A DNA stretch of 58,883 nt from Patescibacteria group bacterium UBA1388 (GTDB taxonomy: Bacteria; Patescibacteriota; Microgenomatia; UBA1400; PJMF01), in assembly GCA_002305355.1 (NCBI GenBank), contig DBQS01000036.1, positions 81,612-140,494 on the forward strand. Direction: 5' to 3'. The notes beneath the pieces were generated by a model. That model was not told where the DNA came from. It made no database searches and saw nothing but the letters and a program-made list of their open reading frames with translations. Numbering within the stretch: position 1 is the stretch's first letter; every line of letters begins with the position of its first letter. A program made the translations under genes and the position numbers. Positions 28,009-37,370 of the stretch are shown in pieces.

Positions 28009-29061
28009 ATGCAGATATTTGATGGTAAAAAAAGGGCGGCAGAAAAAGAAGTTAAATTGCGTCAGCAGGTGGCAAAATTGCCATTACAACCAATCATTGG
28101 AGCAATTTTATTTAGGGAAGATGCTGGCAGCCAACTTTATACTCGTTTGAAAAAAGAAGCTGCCGAGCGGGTGGGGGTGGGTTACTCGATTCGAGAATTT
28201 TCCATCAATGACTCGCTAGATTTTGTAGCAGAAAGTGTGCACCGTTTTAATCTTGATCACGAAGTGACAGGTATTATTATTCAGAAACCTACTAAAAAAA
28301 TCTGGGAGCGAGCTCTTGAAGAGAATAGGGGAGAGGAGCTAGTAGAATTTGCCAATTATCAGAATTGGTGGTCTGCTTTGACAGCGTTAATTGATCCCGA
28401 GAAAGATGTGGATGGTTTGCACCCAAACACTTTGGCTGCGATTGAGCGCGGTGATTGGCAAGAGCAGGGGAGAGTGCTGCCAGCTACTGCTCAAGCAGTA
28501 CTAGAAATTATAGGATATTTTTGTGCTCGTCAATCTTATTTAAAGACAGAAAACTGGAAGTCAAATGATTCTGAAAGTGATGAAAATGGAATGTGGAGCG
28601 TAGAACGAGTAACTAATGCGGATATAAAAACGCCTGATAAAGCATGTCAATCAGATATAAATTTAGACTTGTTTCAAGTTTATTCTTGTTTAGCCCAAAA
28701 AAAGGTAATTATTTTGGGAAAATCTGATTTGCTTGGTAAACCATTATATTATTTGTTAAAGAATGGCCGAGTTAAAGTGGAAATGATTGGTAGTAAGCAG
28801 TTGCAGCAAAGGATCAGGCAGGGGGTTGGTTTGAGCGACGCCGATGTGATTATTTCCGCCACTGGTCGTCCTGGTTTGGTAACTGGTGAGCATTTGAAGA
28901 CAGGTGTAATGTTGATTGACGTGGGTGAGCCGCTAGGCGATGTAGATTTTGAGTCTGTGAAAGACAAGGCAAGCTTTATTACGCCAGTGCCTGGCGGCGT
29001 CGGACCGATGACAGTTGTGAGTTTACTTCAGAATGTAGTCAAACTAGCCAAGCAGTCATAA
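28009..29061 (+). CDS. folD: bifunctional methylenetetrahydrofolate dehydrogenase/cyclohydrolase with internal insertion
   Basis: MQIFDGKK...LYTRLKKEAAERVG, DVDGLHP, a GKS..LGKPL Rossmann motif and the ITPVPGGVGPMTV tail are present. Confidence 0.85.
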   Translation: MQIFDGKKRAAEKEVKLRQQVAKLPLQPIIGAILFREDAGSQLYTRLKKEAAERVGVGYSIREFSINDSLDFVAESVHRFNLDHEVTGIIIQKPTKKIWERALEENRGEELVEFANYQNWWSALTALIDPEKDVDGLHPNTLAAIERGDWQEQGRVLPATAQAVLEIIGYFCARQSYLKTENWKSNDSESDENGMWSVERVTNADIKTPDKACQSDINLDLFQVYSCLAQKKVIILGKSDLLGKPLYYLLKNGRVKVEMIGSKQLQQRIRQGVGLSDADVIISATGRPGLVTGEHLKTGVMLIDVGEPLGDVDFESVKDKASFITPVPGGVGPMTVVSLLQNVVKLAKQS

Positions 29062-29157
29062 AAATCTACTATTAGTTCTTGTGAAGGTGCAATTTGTCGA
29101 TCGTATCTTTTAAGTTCAAAATCGAATCGCAGCACTGGTGCTAGAATTCAGTTCTCA

Positions 29158-29184
29158 TTGCTAAATTTATTTCTGTGGTACAAT
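29158..29184 (+). promoter_or_regulatory. candidate extended -10 promoter for rpsB-tsf
   Basis: TTGCTA, a 15-nt spacer, then TGgTACAAT. This leaves a leader of about 90 nt containing an 8-bp hairpin (29214-29247). Confidence 0.4.
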
Positions 29185-29282
29185 ACCACCTCTAGTAATT
29201 ACTTAATAACGGTTGTATCAATTTTCGTCCTGAATGCAGTTGATACATCCAGGGTTGTAATCAATCCAAACAAGGACAAATT

Positions 29283-30359
29283 ATGCCAGATCAATCTAAA
29301 TCTGATTCCAATAAGAAAGTAGCCAAGGGTTCTGCAGAGAAAACCGGCAAAGCTAAGCCTGCAGCAGCGAAGAAGATTACCAAATCAACTCCAGCCAAGA
29401 CAGAGACTGCAGCTGCTCAGAAAGCTGCTCAGCCGGCAATCAGTAAGCAAACAGCAGCCAAGCAAACAGCCGCCAAGAAGACAGCTGATTCCTCAAAGGC
29501 AACAGCACCTGCAACCAAGAAATCTGCAACTGTCAAACAAAATTCTGCTTCAAAGACTAGTGAGATAAAAAAGCCAATATCAGAAAAAGTAACTCAACCC
29601 ATTCACACAAGTGCTCAAGTTAGAAAGCCGGTTACAAACGACGCGGAACCAGCCGCTTTCCAAGTTCCTGATTTTGACCTCAAAGAAATGTTAGAAATTG
29701 GGGCGCATTTTGGGCATCAGCAATCCAAGTGGGATCCTCGCATGGCACCTTTTATCTATATGGAAAAAGATGGTGTACACATTTTTGATTTAGTGAAAAC
29801 TGCTGCGCAACTCCAAAAAGCATATGCAAAAGCTTATCAACTGGGTCACGCGGGCAAAGTTTTAGTAGTAGTTGGTACCAAACGCCAAGCAAAAGATGTG
29901 GTAGAAAAAGTAGCCCAGGAGACTGGCGCGATGTATATTTCTTCTCGTTGGTTAGGAGGTTTTTTAACTAACTGGTCGCAAGTTCAAAAGTCACTCCAAA
30001 GAATGATCAAAATTGAACAAGGCTTGGCAAATGGAGAATTCGATAATTATACTAAGTATGAACGAGTTCAATTGGAAAAAGAACTCAGTCGTTTGGAAAG
30101 GTTCTTCGCAGGAGTTAAGGATTTGCAAGGTAGACCAGATGCTTTGTTTGTGATTGACATTAAGAAAGAGGATATTCCGGTGAAAGAAGCGAAAAGCATG
30201 GGTGTATTCACGATTGGGTTGGTTGATAGTAATGCCAATCCAGAAGATGTAGATATTGTGATTCCCGCTAATGATGATGGCAGAAAAAGTATTGAATATT
30301 TTGTTAACGCTGTGCTCAGTGGATATGCAGCTGGCAAAGCGGACCGGGGTAAGAAGTAA
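29283..30359 (+). CDS. rpsB: 30S ribosomal protein S2 with about 130-aa Lys/Ala/Thr-rich N-terminal extension
   Basis: The conserved S2 core starts at MLEIGAHFGHQQSKWDPRMAPFIY. The upstream 130 codons are open and contain repeats such as QTAAKQTAAKKTA. Confidence 0.9.
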   Translation: MPDQSKSDSNKKVAKGSAEKTGKAKPAAAKKITKSTPAKTETAAAQKAAQPAISKQTAAKQTAAKKTADSSKATAPATKKSATVKQNSASKTSEIKKPISEKVTQPIHTSAQVRKPVTNDAEPAAFQVPDFDLKEMLEIGAHFGHQQSKWDPRMAPFIYMEKDGVHIFDLVKTAAQLQKAYAKAYQLGHAGKVLVVVGTKRQAKDVVEKVAQETGAMYISSRWLGGFLTNWSQVQKSLQRMIKIEQGLANGEFDNYTKYERVQLEKELSRLERFFAGVKDLQGRPDALFVIDIKKEDIPVKEAKSMGVFTIGLVDSNANPEDVDIVIPANDDGRKSIEYFVNAVLSGYAAGKADRGKK

Positions 30360-30400
30360 TTTGTTGGCAATAATTTTAAGGTAAAGAAAAGAGGACCAAT

Positions 30401-30865
30401 ATGTCATACACTTCGAAAGATATTAAAAAATTGCGTGAGCAAACGGGCGCAGGAGTCATGGATTGTAAAAAAGCACTGGAAGAAGCCAAAGGCGATATGA
30501 AACAAGCCGCCAAGCTGGTAAAACAGCGTGGCATGGCTCGGGCAGAGCAAAAATCAGACAGAGAAACAAGAGAAGGCTATATCGCTTCTTATGTGCATGC
30601 AACTGGCAAGGTTGCGGCAATGGTGGAGTTGTTATGTGAGACGGATTTTGTAGCGAGAAATGATGAGTTTAGAGTTTTGGCTTATGATTTAGCGATGCAG
30701 GTTGCTTCCATGAATCCCAAAGATGTGATTGAGTTATTACAACAGGAATACATCAAAGACTCCGGAATGACAATTGAAGAATTAGTCAAACAATTAAGCG
30801 GTAAGATTGGTGAAAAACTCGCTGTGAATCGAATTGTGAGGTTTGAGGTGGGCGATAAGGCTTGA
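30401..30865 (+). CDS. tsf: elongation factor Ts (short form)
   Basis: UBA-like N-terminus IKKLREQTGAGVMDCKKALEEAKGDM. It directly follows rpsB. At 154 aa it is short. Confidence 0.85.
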   Translation: MSYTSKDIKKLREQTGAGVMDCKKALEEAKGDMKQAAKLVKQRGMARAEQKSDRETREGYIASYVHATGKVAAMVELLCETDFVARNDEFRVLAYDLAMQVASMNPKDVIELLQQEYIKDSGMTIEELVKQLSGKIGEKLAVNRIVRFEVGDKA

Positions 30866-30979
30866 TTTAGTTCGAGCTAAAATATCGACAGCTCATTACT
30901 ATCGACCATACTTTTTGTAAGCATGATTAGTCAATCTGGATTTAATAGGAATGTAACCTAGAAGAGATGATCATGATGA

Positions 30980-33089
<2,110 letters not shown>

Positions 33090-33210
33090 GTAGCGAACAA
33101 TTCTGAGGAATAAATATCTTTAGGGAAGTCGTGACTGGAGTAGCAAATGATAAGAGTAGGGGGAAGCTCAACTTAAATGAACGGCTGGGTGTCTGTCAAG
33201 CAGATGAGGT

Positions 33211-33951
33211 TTAGTTGCCAAGTTCTGTAGTATCGATGTCGTCAAGAGTTTTTTCATTGTCATTGTCGTGATCAACGATTTGCACCGGAATATCATCATC
33301 TTCCAGCAAGAAGCGATCGTCAATATCATTGGTTGAGCCGGCAGTCTTATTGGGTGGAAAAGAGTGGATTTCTGCGTTCCTTTTTGATCTATTAATCTCT
33401 TTGAGATAAACAGAGCATTGATTATAGTTGCACGAATGTAAACGGCAAGAATATTTATTGCCGGTTTTGATGAGTTTCGATAGACGGAAGGAAATATCTT
33501 CGGGTAAGGCGCCAATATAAACGCCCTGTTCATTTTCAACTGAGATATATCTTTTTTTTAAGTTGAGTTGGCAAGTTTGGCCCACCGCCAGCTGGCTTAA
33601 AACTCCTTTGCCTGCCAATCGATGTAGTTCAACAATTTTAGTTCTACCTGGTTCTTCAATAAAATGCTCGCGGTGAAAAGTGGGCATAATCAAGTGATGT
33701 TTAGCCTTAATTCGTGCGAGTTGTTTTTTAGCAATGTTATTGGTTTTATCAATTTCGAGAGTTTTTTTGAAACAGTCTCGTGCTTTATTTTTTTTGTTTA
33801 ACTGCAAGTAAGCAATGCCCATCCTGTTAAAAGCATTGATATTTTGAGGGTCTTGCTCGAGAATTTGGCTATTAATAGCAATCGCTTCTTCCCAGTCGGC
33901 GTTTTTGGCGGCGGTAATGGCTTGGCTGCTAAGTTTGGAAAGAATTGTCAT
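33211..33951 (-). CDS. TPR-repeat protein with uncharacterised C-terminal domain
   Basis: TPR-like helices (WEEAIAINSQILEQDPQNINAFNRMGIAYLQLNKKNKARDCFKKTLEID). The C-terminal IGALPEDISFRLSKLIKTG is vaguely HIRAN-like. Confidence 0.6.
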   Translation of the reverse strand: MTILSKLSSQAITAAKNADWEEAIAINSQILEQDPQNINAFNRMGIAYLQLNKKNKARDCFKKTLEIDKTNNIAKKQLARIKAKHHLIMPTFHREHFIEEPGRTKIVELHRLAGKGVLSQLAVGQTCQLNLKKRYISVENEQGVYIGALPEDISFRLSKLIKTGNKYSCRLHSCNYNQCSVYLKEINRSKRNAEIHSFPPNKTAGSTNDIDDRFLLEDDDIPVQIVDHDNDNEKTLDDIDTTELGN

Positions 33952-34032
33952 AGCTGTTTTCTAGATTTGTTGCGCGGAAAGGATACTGAGTATCAATTCA
34001 TCTGTCAACAAGCAGAATAGCTGTAGTTAGAC

Positions 34033-34041
34033 TGATATAAT
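34033..34041 (+). promoter_or_regulatory. extended -10 promoter upstream of the YebC-family gene
   Basis: TGaTATAAT lies about 30 nt upstream of the start codon. Confidence 0.4.
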
Positions 34042-34066
34042 AACACGCAGCAACAAACTTGAAAGG

Positions 34067-34639
34067 ATGATTATGGCAGGGCACAGCAAATGGCACAACA
34101 TCAAGAATAAAAAAGAGGCAACTGACGCTAAAAAAGGCAAGATTTTTGGTCAACTTTCCAAACAAATCAGGATTGCAGTCAAAGAAGGTGGTTCAGATAA
34201 CTCTCAGTTTAATCCCACTCTGCGGGTGGTGCTTGATAAAGCCAAAGCCGCCAACATGCCGAAAGATAATATTCAAAAAGCGATTGACAAAGGCATGGGG
34301 CGGAGTAGCGATGGCTCAACTTTCCAGGAAATTACTTATGAGGCATTTGGCCCGGGGGGTGTGCCGTTATTGATTATGATTGTGACTGATAATTTAAATC
34401 GGGCAGGGGGAGAGGTCAAGCATGTTTTAAGTCGTCACAATGCTTCGATTGGTAGTCCTGGTTCAGCAATGTATATGTTTACTCGCGGCGAGGATCAATC
34501 TTATCAACCCACGATGCCATTGCATGTGAGTGATGAGGATGCTTCTAAGTTAGAAACTTTAATTTCAGCATTGGAAGAAATTGAGGATGTTGAAGAAATT
34601 GTTTCCGCTTTACAATCTTCTACAGGGACCGCTGCCTAA
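34067..34639 (+). CDS. YebC/PmpR-family transcriptional regulator (short)
   Basis: MAGHSKWHNIKNKKEATDAKKGKIFGQLSKQI is the family signature N-terminus. Confidence 0.85.
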   Translation: MIMAGHSKWHNIKNKKEATDAKKGKIFGQLSKQIRIAVKEGGSDNSQFNPTLRVVLDKAKAANMPKDNIQKAIDKGMGRSSDGSTFQEITYEAFGPGGVPLLIMIVTDNLNRAGGEVKHVLSRHNASIGSPGSAMYMFTRGEDQSYQPTMPLHVSDEDASKLETLISALEEIEDVEEIVSALQSSTGTAA

Positions 34640-34702
34640 CTATTAGGTGAGTGGAGGTGTGATAACAGAAATTATTGGTCGGTTAGTAATTGCAAGGAGT
34701 AG

Positions 34703-35470
34703 ATGCGCAGGAGAGAAAAATTTGTATTGGCATCGATTTTTTTGAGTTTGTGCTTATTGGTAGTGCAGTATACAAGTTTGGAATGGCGCTACTACGCTGT
34801 GGCAGGTTTGGCGGTGGCAACATATATTATTTCAAGCTTAGCGCTGCTTGACGATTTGCAGAAGCATGAGTGGCTGACAATCGTACCATTTCCGGCTTTT
34901 TATGCTGGCGCTGTAGGTTTATTCTATTTTTTACTTCCTTCCAACTTAGTTAGTCGAGTCACAATTTTGGTGATGTTTGCCATCGGTATGTATGCACTCT
35001 TGTTGATGTCAAATATTTATTCGGTAGCGAAGGGAAGAACAATTCAGCTTTTACATGCGGCACTCGCAATTGGGCTATGGTTTACATTATTGACTTCATT
35101 GTTGTATACCAATAGCATTTTTTCACTCCGCCTGCCGTTTTATACAACTGCAAGTTTGATTGGTGCAGTTCATTTTCCCCTGATTGCCATGTCATTATGG
35201 GCAGTAAGGTTGGAAAAATCATTGGATAGAGAAGTTGGTGGTTTGACGCTTTTTATCACCTTGATCATCACCGAATTTACCCTAGTGTTAACCTTTATTC
35301 CTTTCTCGGTCTGGTATTATGCCTTGTTTGTGATGTCGGTACTTTATGTTTGCTTGAGCGTTGCCCGCAGTTTTTTAATGGGGAGGTTATTTATGAGAGC
35401 GCTACTTGAATATGTGTTAGTGGCAAGCTTTATTTTGGTATTATTCTTAGGCTTATTTCCTTTTAAATAA
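34703..35470 (+). CDS. hypothetical polytopic membrane protein
   Basis: 255-aa ORF with about 8 hydrophobic helices. Confidence 0.6.
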   Translation: MRRREKFVLASIFLSLCLLVVQYTSLEWRYYAVAGLAVATYIISSLALLDDLQKHEWLTIVPFPAFYAGAVGLFYFLLPSNLVSRVTILVMFAIGMYALLLMSNIYSVAKGRTIQLLHAALAIGLWFTLLTSLLYTNSIFSLRLPFYTTASLIGAVHFPLIAMSLWAVRLEKSLDREVGGLTLFITLIITEFTLVLTFIPFSVWYYALFVMSVLYVCLSVARSFLMGRLFMRALLEYVLVASFILVLFLGLFPFK

Positions 35471-35774
35471 ATCAATGATATATCCAGTAAACGTGTGATT
35501 AATTTCAAAAATCATGTGTTGAAAAGTAATTGTAATCAGGAGAGAAGGGGTGTTGCAAAAATATGCAAGAATAAATTGAGAGCAGGGGGGCGTAAAGATT
35601 TGGGGGGGGAAATTATGCCTGTGGTCAAGATAGTTTGTATGTAATCAAGATTACAATATTTATAAAATAAAATTGCAGTATAGAAAATTTTTGAAATGAT
35701 AAATTAATTATTAGATAAATTTGCAGAGTAGAGAGCGAAAAAATTTACAGAAACCCAGGCGGAGGAGGGGGTAT

Positions 35775-35833
35775 GATATAGTTAGATATAGTTAATAACT
35801 ATAGGACTGTGGATAACTGTGAAAACTATAGGA
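35775..35833. repeat. compound repeat module
   Basis: GATATAGTTA occurs twice in tandem (35775-35794). A 17-nt palindrome TATAGTTAATAACTATA spans 35787-35803. AACTATAGGA occurs twice (35797, 35824). ACTGTG occurs twice. Confidence 0.9.
35808..35816 (-). promoter_or_regulatory. perfect DnaA-box consensus (TTATCCACA)
   Basis: Plus strand TGTGGATAA is the reverse complement of TTATCCACA. One-mismatch copies are at 36409-36417 (TTTGGATAA) and 36674-36682 (TGTGGATAT). Function is unproven. Confidence 0.45.
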
Positions 35834-36416
35834 TTATCTAAGCTTAATATTTTTATTTAAACGATTAAACCAGACTAAATATGAGAGTATTTGCAGAGAC
35901 AAGAGCATGAAGGGAGTGATAACTAAACGGAGGGACGACTTCACAGAGAGCAATATATTCCAGATTATGCATCTGGAAGAGTGCGGGAATAAATAACCCG
36001 AAGCCAAGTTCCTGAGACTCTTACATATTTCTTGAGTGAGGTCGCGAGGAGCTGGTATGACAAGAACAGTAAGTAAGGAAGTGACAACAAATAAGTGCAA
36101 TGGGGACAAAGTTTGGCAGGAAATTAATTTTAATAACTAATTAAGAGATTACACGACTCCACTCTGTTGAATGTGTGACGCAGTGGAGCAATACATTCTA
36201 ATTTATAAAGTGTCGCACAATATTACTTTTGCGACGCAAACAAAATTATGCAGGTTGGAGTGATTAATCAATGACACCACGTGTCCCATCTTTTGGAGAT
36301 TCAGTTATCCGTATTTAGTAGTTTAAGTAATGCTTTTTATAGATTTCCCCTGCTTTTTCTCTCAAGTCGATATATTTCTCAACATACTGATTATTTTAGT
36401 TGCTAGTTTTTGGATA

Positions 36417-36440
36417 AACTTGATTTGACACCAACTTGAT
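36417..36440. repeat. AACTTGAT iteron pair, 16-bp period
   Basis: Exact 8-mers are at 36417 and 36433, with further exact copies at 37080 and 37259. The 14-mers AACTTGATTTGACA and AACTTGATGTGACA match 13/14. Confidence 0.85.
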
Positions 36441-37322
36441 TAATAATTACCAGGCAAGCACTTGAGGAAATAATAGGATCGTTTTTGGGAGCTTTTAGTT
36501 AAGTTTTAAGTGTGCAGATTGATAATTTAATGATTAGTAATCAAAAATTGGTATATTGAAGGAAATATTGATACATCAATTAATACATGAATTAAATGGA
36601 TGATGAATTGGTAGTTTAAAAAATAAAAAGCCGATTTTGGAGTGTTTGAGAAGCTTGGTTCCCAGGTTGGAAATGTGGATATATCAATCCAGACTGAATT
36701 AGCGGTCGTTCCAAGAAGTGAGGGTTAATTAGTTGCGTAGACTGTTGCTTGCAACGAGTCTGGATGTGACTACTTGTTTTTCCGAAAAGTATCATGTCTA
36801 AATTGCCGTGCTAGGAAGTATGGAGTGATGTTCATGGTTGCTGGTGCTTGCGCAAGTTGTATTGGTATTTAGTGATGCTGGTTGAAGATCTGGATCGATT
36901 GGGATGTGTAATTTCTTCTGGATGCCTGGAATCAATCGAGATAACTAGAATTAGCCGGACAACTAGATTTAGATGAGACAAGTTACATGTTACTCGAAGA
37001 TTGTGTATGATCAGTGACTGCAAGATCGATGACCGCCTCGATAGGAAGCTAGACTTTAGAAGCTCGACTAGAGATCGACAACTTGATGTGACAGCGGATT
37101 ATGATCGTGAGCGGATTGAGTGAATTAAGTGGATCACGATTGCCTGTGAATGATAATGGGCGGCAAATTTATTACAACCGGCATGTCGTCTGACAACTTA
37201 ATATACTATGTCAAATCTATACAAATTATATCAAAATAATAAAATTAATAACAAAAATAACTTGATATGTCCAGATTATAAATCAACAAGCAAAATTAGC
37301 ACTCCCCTCTCCCCTCTGCCAA

Positions 37323-37351
37323 TTGACCAATTTCCCGAAGCTGGCTATACT
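37323..37351 (+). promoter_or_regulatory. sigma70-type promoter for the xer gene
   Basis: TTGACC, a 17-nt spacer, then TATACT. It ends 19 nt before the ATG at 37371. Confidence 0.55.
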
Positions 37352-37370
37352 CAGTTAATTATCAGCTTCT

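Larger units (their letters stand above)
35471..37322. other. about 1.9 kb ORF-poor, motif-dense non-coding region
   Basis: No plus-strand ORF of 60 aa or more. Only two implausible minus-strand ORFs are present. It contains AT-rich tracts, poly-G runs, iterated short motifs and a perfect DnaA box. Confidence 0.8.

Noticed and set aside
35834-36109. 91-aa minus-strand ORF in the gene desert, together with the 63-aa ORF at 36832-37023 and the 79-aa ORF at 37208-37447.
   Set aside because: There is no SD or promoter context. Composition is what is expected from the antisense of purine-rich or AT-rich DNA. The last one overlaps the well-supported xer start. They are kept only as a remote possibility.
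36881-36912. GAAGAUCUGGAUCGAUUGGGAUGUG resembles the conserved 5' part of tmRNA (UCUGGAUUCGACGGGAUUUG).
   Set aside because: There is no GGGG acceptor 5' end. No tRNA-like T-arm or acceptor 3' end lies downstream. No tag-peptide reading frame ending in ...ALAA-stop is present. The similarity is a short coincidence within the GATC-rich segment.
35471-37370. CRISPR array, or a recoded or frameshifted protein gene, hidden in the gene desert.
   Set aside because: There are no regularly spaced 25-40-bp repeats, only 8-14-mers at irregular spacing. Reading through TGA or TAG in the longest frames gives Cys/Trp/Arg-rich nonsense of about 100 codons at most, with no recognisable protein motif.
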